Assembly: GCA_937127265.1 (NCBI GenBank)
Contig: CAKZLX010000462.1
Span: forward strand, 1-33,036
Direction: 5' to 3'
DNA: 33,036 nucleotides
DNA from: an uncultured Pseudomonadota bacterium
GTDB taxonomy: Bacteria > Myxococcota_A > UBA796
Shown: piece by piece, positions 1-7,476 of the stretch
Layout: each line of letters opens with the position of its first letter
Position numbering within the stretch: the first letter of the stretch is position 1
Program-made: the position numbers and the translations under genes
The notes under the pieces: generated by a model
Seen by the model: only the letters and a program-made list of their open reading frames with translations
Database searches by the model: none
What the model was told of the DNA's origin: nothing

Positions 1-1625
1 TCCATGTGGGCAACCGATAGTCGTGAAATAATACGACCAGCATCCGAAGGAATATTGTCGCGCAACAAATGAGACAAGACATCTTTGTTAACCACGTCAT
101 CGAACAACAAATTGACCGGCTCTGGAATATTACGTTCAATTGTCACTTCACGCCCGTCCGAAACGGCTGGTGCATTGGCGACCATAACCGCATTTAACAT
201 CGTGCAAATTGGATTGGCTTCTGTAGCCACCAACAACTCTTGGGTTGCCGGTTCCAAATCAACGTCCAAAGCAACCACCAAGACCATACGTTGACCACCC
301 GAGGGATCAGGCATACGCAATCGCCAAGCCAAACGATGGTTTAACGGCTCGCGGTTAAACCCTTCCCCTTGATTGGATGCAAATACGCGTATGTCAGGAA
401 TCGAATCTTCACGAACACCTTTGAGTACAAAAGCCATACGGAATGGACCACCTGTGGGCTCAAACTGTCCAACTTCGAGGTGTATAAACTGTTGCTCGGC
501 GCGATCACTGACTACAGACCACAGCCCTTTGTCCAAAATGTCAGATACCCATGTGGGTTCATCCACAATGTCTCCTGTATTCACACCATCGATTCCACGA
601 TTAACAGTTGGTTTCAGAGATGCCAATTTTTGATCCATGTGGGTCAAGGTAATCCAAATCGCTTCCACAATGTTGGTGGGTAACGGTTGAGACTTTCGCT
701 CCAACAATTCTCCAACGGGAATGTTTTCGGGAATTCCAGGTAATAGAATCGTACCACGTCGAGAACCCGGCATCGGAGAACGACCTTTCAAACGAACTGG
801 AATACGAGGATGGTCTTTGACACGAACCGGAGGTGTCCACACGCTATCATCCAAAGTACCCCAACGCCCCTGTACGTCTCCACCCATGGTTAATCCAGTC
901 GGTGTATCTGTCAAGAATGCCTTACCCAAATCAACGCGTGCGAAGACAGAAACAATCTCTGGTGAAGGTTGATCTGTTCGAAAATCCAACCACCCCAACT
1001 GCCGTTTGTCCAGTCCTTCAATCGCAGCATTTAAGGTTTCCAACAAGTCTTCAGCATTGCTGGTAATAATGTCATACCGAATCCACTCACCCTCAAATAT
1101 TTCTGAACGTTTCACATAAGACTGCCAGGCTTCCATACTACCAATGCCATCTTCGCTTTTTGCCATTCCCAATCGATACAGTTCACCATCCACCAGTTTG
1201 GATACGTTCAAAATACGCGAGGGACGCACATGCACTTGCTCTACGGGTGCAAATTCAACCATGTCCATCTCTTCGGTTTGTAGGGTGAAGAAACGCCAAG
1301 GGGCTGGACGATGATCAAATAGTTCCATCTTTCCAGCCTCTGCTGGCTGGGCAATACAAACACCCAATGATGGAACCGATGGTTGCAACTTACCACCCAT
1401 CATATGGACAAACTCTTGCACCATTGAATAAGGATAGAAGTCCAGTTGCTGAGACAACAACTCCACCAACCAAGCTGATTGTTCTAGAATGATCCAGGCT
1501 GGATCGGATGCATCATACTCACTTTCGTCAGCGTAATCAGGAAAACGCTCGGCCAATCGATCTCGAACATCTCGAAGCAAATCATCTTTATCTAACTGTA
1601 ATAGTCCCGGCTGTGGAATCCGCAC
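1..1625 (-). CDS. Baseplate J-like (T4 gp6 / P2 gpJ / Afp11-type) CIS baseplate wedge protein. N-terminal ~541 codons only; the 3' end lies beyond the left window edge.
   Basis: Absent from the supplied ORF track because there is no stop codon in the window. My manual minus-strand translation is open from GTG at 1625 (GGAGG at 1631-1635, 5 nt upstream) down to position 1: VRIPQPGLLQLDKDDLLRDVRDRLAERFPDYADESEYDASDPAWIILEQSAWLVELLSQQLDFYPYS... The DPxWxxLExxAWxxExL N-terminus is typical of the baseplate J family. The gene follows the gp25 gene, as in CIS and myophage baseplate modules. Confidence 0.65.
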   Translation of the reverse strand, partial: MRIPQPGLLQLDKDDLLRDVRDRLAERFPDYADESEYDASDPAWIILEQSAWLVELLSQQLDFYPYSMVQEFVHMMGGKLQPSVPSLGVCIAQPAEAGKMELFDHRPAPWRFFTLQTEEMDMVEFAPVEQVHVRPSRILNVSKLVDGELYRLGMAKSEDGIGSMEAWQSYVKRSEIFEGEWIRYDIITSNAEDLLETLNAAIEGLDKRQLGWLDFRTDQPSPEIVSVFARVDLGKAFLTDTPTGLTMGGDVQGRWGTLDDSVWTPPVRVKDHPRIPVRLKGRSPMPGSRRGTILLPGIPENIPVGELLERKSQPLPTNIVEAIWITLTHMDQKLASLKPTVNRGIDGVNTGDIVDEPTWVSDILDKGLWSVVSDRAEQQFIHLEVGQFEPTGGPFRMAFVLKGVREDSIPDIRVFASNQGEGFNREPLNHRLAWRLRMPDPSGGQRMVLVVALDVDLEPATQELLVATEANPICTMLNAVMVANAPAVSDGREVTIERNIPEPVNLLFDDVVNKDVLSHLLRDNIPSDAGRIISRLSVAHM

Positions 1626-1681
1626 AACCACCTCCCTCAAGTCCAAACTGTGTCTGAGAATACTCTATCTAAACGAGAACT

Positions 1682-1770
1682 GTTCATACCTTACTACAAA
1701 CGAGATAGAATAACACTTCTTTACTATCCGATTGTATATGATCCACCAATATTTCTACTGGTTCATACCT
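1682..1770. repeat. 10-nt direct repeat GTTCATACCT (1682-1691 and 1761-1770) inside the gp25-to-baseplate J spacer
   Basis: Read directly from the sequence. On the minus (mRNA) strand it reads AGGTATGAAC twice, 79 nt apart. Confidence 0.6.
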
Positions 1771-1776
1771 AAAATT

Positions 1777-1812
1777 CTATCGAAACTTCGATCGAAACCC
1801 CGATCGAAACCC
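1777..1812. repeat. Three tandem copies of a 12-mer: CTATCGAAACTT, CGATCGAAACCC, CGATCGAAACCC
   Basis: Read directly from the sequence. Copies 2 and 3 are identical and copy 1 differs at 3 positions. The repeat lies in non-coding DNA between two CIS genes. Confidence 0.8.
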
Positions 1813-1861
1813 CAAGCATCATAAAAAGTTTAGGCAAACACAAAGGTCCGATAACACAAGG

Positions 1862-2296
1862 CTACTCGGCTAAAATGTCAAAGTCGGTACCCACTTCCAT
1901 GACTTCATTCTCGACTTCAATATCCAATTTCAATTCAAGGTTGCTTTCTGTACCCATCGCCACCAAAGCAGATTCCGCCACTGGTATACCGGCTTCTCGA
2001 TGTGTGTTGGCCACACCACCAGCATGCACCAGTTGGACCGAGCAATCATTTACGGTAACATCTGGAAGCCACTCTTGAATGGTTTGCTCCACCAAGGCGC
2101 GGGTTTGTTGGACCCGAGAAGGTGTTGCTGGTTCACCGATCAAGCCCGTCACATCACAACCGAACTCGGGTCGCCAAGGAATATCCCCAACGCGAGAGTG
2201 TAAAACCATGTCTAAACGAGCCAAGGTACTTTCTCGTTGCGACAATAATGGCTGTCGCGCCCCTAATGTTAAAGATGGATGTAAAATACGTTTCAT
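1862..2296 (-). CDS. gp25 / GPW-like baseplate wedge protein (Afp9-type)
   Basis: 144 aa. The motif LARLDMVLHSRVGDIPWRPEFGCDV matches the gp25/GPW signature (xLxTxxGExxxxPxFG). Size and position, between the hub and baseplate J, are canonical. Confidence 0.85.
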   Translation of the reverse strand: MKRILHPSLTLGARQPLLSQRESTLARLDMVLHSRVGDIPWRPEFGCDVTGLIGEPATPSRVQQTRALVEQTIQEWLPDVTVNDCSVQLVHAGGVANTHREAGIPVAESALVAMGTESNLELKLDIEVENEVMEVGTDFDILAE

Positions 2297-2353
2297 TATT
2301 GCATACCAGATAAGTGATGAGAATGATGTTGGATTTCCTACAAGGATGATTGT

Positions 2354-3397
2354 TTAGGGTTTTGGTAAGGAGTTTGATTTAAAAGTAATCTCAGTACGCA
2401 ATCCATCAAAGGCAAATTCGTGCACCACTTTGGTAATGATAAACTTACCTTCAAACGGATAGCCCGCTCCTTTGATAGAGAGTTCATTTCCAACACTGGT
2501 GGCATGGGCCCCACGAGCAATCACCACACCTTCCACAAAGTCAAGTGCCGCCACATCCAATTCCGATTGGGCTTTGGCTTTGGCTTGAGATTGATTTTTG
2601 TACATCGGAGAATCATATCCTCCAATCGTCAAGGATTTTACTCCGAAAGCCTTCTTTCCGATCGCAGAGCCCAACTTACCACCAGAGTTGATTGCCTTAG
2701 GATCCTTTTTGTAGGTAACTTTGGTCTGCTTGGTACCATCTTTTTCAGGGTCACCCCAAAAGACGTGTACTTCATTGACGTGATCTTTGAGGTTGGCTGT
2801 GAGACGGATACTGACCACATCGTCACGGTAAGATAGTTTCAATTTCCCTTTGGTCAAATCACGACGACCAAAATGCAACTCTTTACCAACGACTCGGCAA
2901 TAGTAATTGTGTTCTCGAGCAAGACGCATCAAGAACAAGGCATCGGTTTCCCCTTGTTGAAAGGTAAAATCTGCCGTGGTGCTAACCCCTTGCACTTTGG
3001 CACTCAAAGAGGGCTTGGCTCGACCAGCAATCGTTTTCACAATTTTGTCGTGTGATTCTTCCCATACTTGGGTGTAATGCTTAGAACGTAGTCGGTGTAA
3101 ATAGTTCAAACCAACCAAGGTGACCGACCACTTTGAGCCTTTCTTCTCATGGTTCACTGCGACGATATCCCCTTCACGTTTTCCAAGAACTTTTCCTTTG
3201 TCATCCAACAGTTCCACGGTAAAAGGCAATCCAGGCTCCATTAACGGTTTCAAATCTTTTTCTTTATTTGACGGAACCGAAAATGTGGCAGTCAAACCAT
3301 CCAACTCACCGACTGCTTCAGTGTAGGTAATCCGCGTCATGTAGAAGTTTATGGTATCTTTTCCCTTCACTTTCAATGATAAAGCACCTTTGCGCAT
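2354..3397 (-). CDS. Phage late control D (gpD) / gp27-like baseplate hub. Equivalent to the Afp8/VgrG N-terminal part, with no gp5-like needle domain evident.
   Basis: 347 aa. The central segment ...IVKTIAGRAKPSLSAKVQGVSTTADFTFQQGETDALFLMRLAREHNYYCRVVGKELHFGRR resembles the gpD/VgrG core (Q-x-ESD-xxFLxRLA). The C-terminal segment GNELSIKGAGYPFEGKFIITKVVHEF is gpD-like. Confidence 0.8.
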   Translation of the reverse strand: MRKGALSLKVKGKDTINFYMTRITYTEAVGELDGLTATFSVPSNKEKDLKPLMEPGLPFTVELLDDKGKVLGKREGDIVAVNHEKKGSKWSVTLVGLNYLHRLRSKHYTQVWEESHDKIVKTIAGRAKPSLSAKVQGVSTTADFTFQQGETDALFLMRLAREHNYYCRVVGKELHFGRRDLTKGKLKLSYRDDVVSIRLTANLKDHVNEVHVFWGDPEKDGTKQTKVTYKKDPKAINSGGKLGSAIGKKAFGVKSLTIGGYDSPMYKNQSQAKAKAQSELDVAALDFVEGVVIARGAHATSVGNELSIKGAGYPFEGKFIITKVVHEFAFDGLRTEITFKSNSLPKP

Positions 3398-3496
3398 TCG
3401 CGTACCCTCTGTAAACTAATGGTTATCTGAATATTTTTGCAGACAAGATATCTCGACACTCGATAAAACAAATGTCCTGAAAACAACTTCGATAGA

Positions 3497-4171
3497 TTAT
3501 CCGATTTCAGTGGTCGTACTGGCCTTAGATTCCCCTTGACCAAACAACAAGTCTTCTGGCTTCTTATTGTACTCACCATAGACACCAATCAATCCCAAAC
3601 TAACCTCGGCTCTTTTTGGTGTGCCATCTGAATCAAACAAGATGATTTTGAATGAGAACTTTTCAATCGCACCACTGAACTTGATTTCTTCACCCCATGT
3701 AAATTGTACCAAACGTGGGTAAATTACTGCAGCAGCGTCTTTTTTCTTCTTCTTTCGATCATCGTCTGACAATTTGGTCATCATGTTAATCACTTCCAAA
3801 ACTTCTGTGACCGAATCCGGATTCACAGCACCACCAAAATAGGGTACCCCCTTGGCTGATTTGGCTGGATCCATCGCTGGTGTACTCATGATAATCGGTT
3901 GCATCATAACTTTTGAATAACTGGAATCAGACAAACTAGGTTCCGAAGTATCCAAGATAAATGACATGCTCAGTTCATCCGATTTTGCTCCACCAAACTT
4001 CAAACCACCATAATCATTCACCGAGTTGGAATCAGAGTTTTCAGAACTGAAACCACATCCGCGGGTCACTTCAAGTTCGGTTGGATTAAAGGGAAAGGTC
4101 ACTTCACAATTTGGCTTTTTCTTGTCAAAGGTGAGCAATACTGCTTTTTCTAAATTCGATCTTGGATACAT
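3497..4171 (-). CDS. CIS tube-initiator / baseplate tube protein (Afp7/Pvc7-type, T4 gp48/54 analogue), without a LysM domain
   Basis: 224 aa. The N-terminus KAVLLTFDKKKPNCEVTFPFNPTELEVTR and the C-terminus PRLVQFTWGEEIKFSGAIEKFSFKIILFDSDGTPKRAEVSLGL match the pattern I recall for Afp7-like proteins (FxFNPxxl ... vxFxWG ... FxxdGxPxRAxv). It sits between the tube-like gene and the hub. Confidence 0.65.
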   Translation of the reverse strand: MYPRSNLEKAVLLTFDKKKPNCEVTFPFNPTELEVTRGCGFSSENSDSNSVNDYGGLKFGGAKSDELSMSFILDTSEPSLSDSSYSKVMMQPIIMSTPAMDPAKSAKGVPYFGGAVNPDSVTEVLEVINMMTKLSDDDRKKKKKDAAAVIYPRLVQFTWGEEIKFSGAIEKFSFKIILFDSDGTPKRAEVSLGLIGVYGEYNKKPEDLLFGQGESKASTTTEIG

Positions 4172-4190
4172 CGTGTTTAATCCTCACTAC

Positions 4191-4691
4191 TTAGGTTGCG
4201 ACCATGAACATACCTTCATGGACCAGTGTAACTGACTCTGTGGCTAAATCATTTCCGTTAGAATCCAAGTCTGATGCTTTCCACTGCTTCGGCCAAGCAC
4301 CATAAAGACCAATAATACGATACGGCACATCACTGCGTTTATAGTGAGTGATAAATACGTGACGACGGAAGGGCAAACCAGGTCCAATTGAATGAATCCA
4401 TGCTTCCATTTTGTCACGTCGTACAGAACCCCATTCCAAAGTCACTTCACCCGCTGTTGCCGGTCCATCGAACGGGCGATAATGAGGAGACATATTTCGT
4501 CCACCTTCTTTGATTTGATAGGGTGTAACCGAGTACTCAATGCCACTCACTTTGGTAAAGAAACCAAATGTATCTCCACCGATCATCACACTGAACAAAT
4601 TGTTTGCTTGAGGCTGATTCAATTCATCAAACGGATTACTCAGTAGTGACTCTGCTTCACTTTGTGCTTTATTCAAGTCTAATGATGCCAT
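4191..4691 (-). CDS. T4 gp19-family tail tube protein, second paralog (Afp5-type)
   Basis: 166 aa. The motifs FSVMIGGDTFGFFTKVSGIEYSVTPYQIKEGGRN...GEVTLEWG...YGAWPKQWKASDLDS...ESVTLVHEG follow the gp19-like tube signature. Confidence 0.85.
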   Translation of the reverse strand: MASLDLNKAQSEAESLLSNPFDELNQPQANNLFSVMIGGDTFGFFTKVSGIEYSVTPYQIKEGGRNMSPHYRPFDGPATAGEVTLEWGSVRRDKMEAWIHSIGPGLPFRRHVFITHYKRSDVPYRIIGLYGAWPKQWKASDLDSNGNDLATESVTLVHEGMFMVAT

Positions 4692-4729
4692 TGCTTACTC
4701 CACATGTTTATTGCCAGAATCCTGAATAA

Positions 4730-5998
4730 TTAGGATTGATTTTCAATCACAGGATCCTCTCCTGATCTTACCATAACTTTTAGGCTTATGTTTTGACACC
4801 ATGGTCTGACCATCGCCGATAGATTTACACTGAGCATTGGTTGGGTATGACTAGGAAGTGCCTCTCCTATGACAGAAGGTCTCCCTTTACCCTCAGCACC
4901 CACCAAGATCCCTCGTTCATAAAACGGATTCAATACCATTTCCACTGTTTTTTCCAAGGCTACTGCTTCCACTTTCTTCACCGGTCGAAACACAAACATA
5001 TCTGCTGCTTGCCGTAATGACTGGTGGATCGCCTTCACAGTTCGAATCACAGGGATACTCCATTCATATCTTGGACGACGCAAGGTGTATTCAGAGGTCA
5101 CTTGGGCCTTCCTACCACGACTATCAATCGATAACACCGCACAATTATCTGAAAGCATATCTGCATAAGGTAACGGCCCTGAAGAGGTTAACAACCGTGC
5201 GCGATTGGCAATAATCTTACGACCACCCACCAAGGGGATCTCGTGCCCCACCAATGACTGGGTGACTACATCGACCCGTTTATTGATGTACCCAGCCAAG
5301 AAAGCCGAACCACAGCGCCATCCGTGCTTAAACATCCCATCCATATCACCCGTCCAAGAACACAAAGCGATATCGTACCCCTGAATGTTGTTAAGGGTGT
5401 GAATGATATCTTGTGGTGCATCTGGTACCATGTCCATGAAGCCTAACTGAAAATTCTCGGCAAATAAAGGGCCATAGGTTTGAATACAGTCCATTAAATT
5501 ACGCGACTGATCAGGATGCAACATTCGTTCGCGATCCAAAGACCATGCTCGTGCCCATGGACCACCAGCGTCTGGAAACACAATCATCGCACCTGGAATC
5601 TCACTGAAGAACCCCATCAACATCTCGACAACCGATTGATTGGTTAATTCAGCGGAATACACACCGGGCACCCGAACCAATATACAATCGACTTCATTAC
5701 ACCCCATTTCCAAGATACTGGTCACAGAATCCTTGAGACGGGAGGGATGATTTGCATCAATACCAGGTAGTAAAGAAGCTTGGGCGATTGATGTTAGACG
5801 AACTTGCTCCACAAAAGGATCTCGACCGTTCCAATTTGAACGACGAATTAAAGCCCCCGGTGACAGTTCAGAAATAATCGGTGAGGCAAAAGGAACAACA
5901 CCCACGACACACAAACGTGGAAGTGATTGCTTTGAGGACTGCGGACGAGCCAAACTAACTTCGATACTGACTCGTTTTTGTAAAGGATTGTTATTCAT
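4730..5998 (-). CDS. Divergent sheath-like paralog (Afp3/Afp4-like?), otherwise hypothetical
   Basis: 422 aa. The C-terminal segment EWSIPVIRTVKAIHQSLRQAADMFVFRPVKKVEAVALEKTVEMVLNPFYERGILVG aligns by eye with the bona fide sheath C-terminus in this window, WNYVNVRRLFLFVERSVRDSVNWAVFQPNNNQTRENLKNSIAAFLFRCYNEGMLDG. The N-terminus lacks the PGVYxEE motif. Confidence 0.45.
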   Translation of the reverse strand: MNNNPLQKRVSIEVSLARPQSSKQSLPRLCVVGVVPFASPIISELSPGALIRRSNWNGRDPFVEQVRLTSIAQASLLPGIDANHPSRLKDSVTSILEMGCNEVDCILVRVPGVYSAELTNQSVVEMLMGFFSEIPGAMIVFPDAGGPWARAWSLDRERMLHPDQSRNLMDCIQTYGPLFAENFQLGFMDMVPDAPQDIIHTLNNIQGYDIALCSWTGDMDGMFKHGWRCGSAFLAGYINKRVDVVTQSLVGHEIPLVGGRKIIANRARLLTSSGPLPYADMLSDNCAVLSIDSRGRKAQVTSEYTLRRPRYEWSIPVIRTVKAIHQSLRQAADMFVFRPVKKVEAVALEKTVEMVLNPFYERGILVGAEGKGRPSVIGEALPSHTQPMLSVNLSAMVRPWCQNISLKVMVRSGEDPVIENQS

Positions 5999-6014
5999 TC
6001 AAGATTACTCACTG

Positions 6015-6176
6015 TTATTTCATGGCTTCAAGGATCTTTTTATTGATCTTGCTCACCTGGCCTACCCACTCTACACGCTCTTTGTGCGGTAGTTCCAAGA
6101 TTTCATGAAGACTCCAATGCATATGGTATGCCAAAAATGCGGTTTCTTCACGAACTCTTGGAAGCGGATAGGCCAC
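6015..6176 (-). CDS. Small ORF in the -1 frame of the chaperone gene. It is either a stand-alone 53-aa protein starting at GTG 6176, or the E'-like extension of a frameshifted chaperone.
   Basis: Below the size cutoff of the ORF track. Translation: VAYPLPRVREETAFLAYHMHWSLHEILELPHKERVEWVGQVSKINKKILEAMK, stop at 6015-6017. From memory it resembles the small proteins (annotated DUF6760, if I recall correctly) that follow 'phage tail assembly protein' genes in CIS loci. This is not verified. Confidence 0.5.
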   Translation of the reverse strand: MAYPLPRVREETAFLAYHMHWSLHEILELPHKERVEWVGQVSKINKKILEAMK

Positions 6177-6178
6177 CG

Positions 6179-6718
6179 TTACCCCCCCGGACCGGGTTCC
6201 TCCTCAGGGAGATTTTCTTCGCCATAGGTCAAACGATAGACGGCGTATTCCAAAGCACGAACATCCAAGGCGTGCATTTTACCCACATCGTTCACAGTTA
6301 CATTTTTGTGTGGACCAATGCGCGTGACAGTACGAGACAATAACAACGTACGGTATACCAGATCGTTTGGATGCCGATTGTATTGAGAAGACTGACCAAT
6401 AAATAACTCATCGGCGCCAGTAACCGCACGCACTTCGGCCTCACGTGCCAATTCACCATTGGGCAATTCAAAGCCGACTGGCAATTGAATTAATTCGCGA
6501 TGACTGGTTCGAGCTGGTCCACCACCTTGCCAAGTCGGAGAATAGGCTTCAGGTGTCGGACTACCTGCCGTCGGAGAGGGCGGAGCACTCATCGAAGGGG
6601 CTGGATTAGTAGACGGAGGGGCAGATGGTGCACCAACGGATGGCGGTGCTACCGGAGGAGGCGCCTGAGGAACACTACCACCAGTTGGAGGTGGAATATC
6701 AGGTGTTTTTGAACTCAT
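6179..6718 (-). CDS. Phage tail assembly chaperone-like protein (P2 gpE-like) with a proline-rich N-terminal extension
   Basis: 179 aa. The C-terminal half LIQLPVGFELPNGELAREAEVRAVTGADELFIGQ...LLLSRTVTRIGP...NDVGKMHALDVRALEYAVYRLTY resembles gpE-type tail assembly proteins. The first ~65 aa are rich in Pro, Ser and Ala. Confidence 0.55.
   Translation of the reverse strand: MSSKTPDIPPPTGGSVPQAPPPVAPPSVGAPSAPPSTNPAPSMSAPPSPTAGSPTPEAYSPTWQGGGPARTSHRELIQLPVGFELPNGELAREAEVRAVTGADELFIGQSSQYNRHPNDLVYRTLLLSRTVTRIGPHKNVTVNDVGKMHALDVRALEYAVYRLTYGEENLPEEEPGPGG
6182..6188 (-). promoter_or_regulatory. Candidate -1 programmed frameshift site: G GGG GGG heptamer immediately before the TAA stop of the chaperone gene
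   Basis: The plus strand shows seven consecutive C at 6182-6188. On the coding strand this reads CCG GGG GGG TAA. The -1 frame is open from this run for 55 further codons, to the stop at 6015. Confidence 0.4.
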
Positions 6719-6810
6719 AGAGTATCCTTTTGTTTCTTCATCATGAAATACATCTGTCCGATGGACATGGTCTAATGTATTCCCTATTTACTTCACTGAC
6801 AATTACAACA

Positions 6811-6889
6811 GAAGGATGACCACCAAAAAAGACAGTCACCCTTCCACATGTTAGGAATCGTTGCAATGTTAACTGAATATTATTGCAAC
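6811..6889 (-). promoter_or_regulatory. Two stem-loops in the tube-to-chaperone intercistronic spacer (possible attenuator or mRNA-stabilising structures)
   Basis: Hairpin A: arms at 6860-6867 and 6882-6889 (GTTGCAAT/ATTGCAAC), 8 bp perfect, 14-nt loop. Hairpin B: arms at 6811-6820 and 6835-6844, 10 bp. One position is an A-C mismatch on the plus strand but a G-U pair on the minus-sense RNA, which favours function in the CIS transcript. Confidence 0.35.
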
Positions 6890-6913
6890 ACTCCTAGTAC
6901 CATCATGCGTTGA

Positions 6914-7363
6914 TTAAGCGCCTTGAGTTACGTGAGAGCAAGTCAAAGTAATGGTTTCAACAGCGGCTTCTGAAGAAGATGCATCCATTGGAGGCAATTC
7001 CCATTTTGAAGGATATGCATCGTGGATAGACATTGTGCGGATTACAGTTTCCATATCTGGAAGAAGCAAAGAAACAGTGACAAGTTTACGCTCGATTTTT
7101 CCACGCTCGATTTGCTCACGCCATGCATAGAAAGAGTCTACTTGTTGGTAAACACGTTTTAATTCGATATCTTCGAACATTGCGCGACCTGGTTGCTTCA
7201 TTACGAAACGGTCATCACCATGCATGAATTCCATTGTTTCAGAAGTTGATACAACACCTGATACAGAAACGAATTTTGAGTTTTCGACTTCGATTCCGTC
7301 GATTGTTACTTTGAAGTTAAATGCGCCGATATAATTATCAAGGCCAAACTGAGGAGCACCCAT
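6914..7363 (-). CDS. CIS inner tube protein (T4 gp19 family, Afp1/Pvc1-type)
   Basis: 149 aa. The motifs GAFNFKVTIDGIEVENSKFVSVSGVVSTSETMEFMHGDD...DAYPSKWELPPMDASSSEAAVETITLTCSHV match the classic tube signature. GGAG lies 8 nt upstream of the ATG. The gene sits directly downstream of the sheath gene. Confidence 0.9.
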   Translation of the reverse strand: MGAPQFGLDNYIGAFNFKVTIDGIEVENSKFVSVSGVVSTSETMEFMHGDDRFVMKQPGRAMFEDIELKRVYQQVDSFYAWREQIERGKIERKLVTVSLLLPDMETVIRTMSIHDAYPSKWELPPMDASSSEAAVETITLTCSHVTQGA

Positions 7364-7442
7364 TGTATTTCTCCGGGTTATTTTGTTGAAGTTTTTTAAA
7401 GTTGAAGTTGAAGTAATGTATTTAAATAGCCCAATCGCTTTG

Positions 7443-7476
7443 TTAGGATCCTAAGACCATCCCGAAACTTTCGGAA
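7443..7476 (-). promoter_or_regulatory. Perfect 12-nt palindrome TTAGGATCCTAA (7443-7454) plus a 7-bp hairpin (7460-7476) in the sheath-to-tube spacer
   Basis: Read directly from the sequence. The hairpin on the minus-sense RNA is UUCCGAA-AGU-UUCGGGA, which includes one G-U pair. Confidence 0.3.

Noticed and set aside
85-1066. Six ORFs of 69-104 aa listed in the ORF track across the first kilobase (five on the plus strand, plus 601-840 on the minus strand in a different frame)
   Set aside because: They are shadow ORFs inside or opposite the long baseplate J reading frame. That frame is open on the minus strand from 1625 to the window edge. The six ORFs have odd compositions and no RBS.
1769-1822. 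A 17-codon ORF (MMLGVSIGVSIEVSIEF) that translates the 12-mer tandem repeat in the gp25-to-baseplate J spacer
   Set aside because: It has no RBS. Its periodic peptide is simply the consequence of translating a 12-nt repeat. It is too short to support without conservation or ribosome-profiling data.
6793-6849. An 18-codon Cys-rich ORF (MWKGDCLFWWSSFCCNCQ) in the tube-to-chaperone spacer
   Set aside because: It has no RBS and coincides with both arms of a predicted RNA hairpin. It is more economically explained as non-coding structure.
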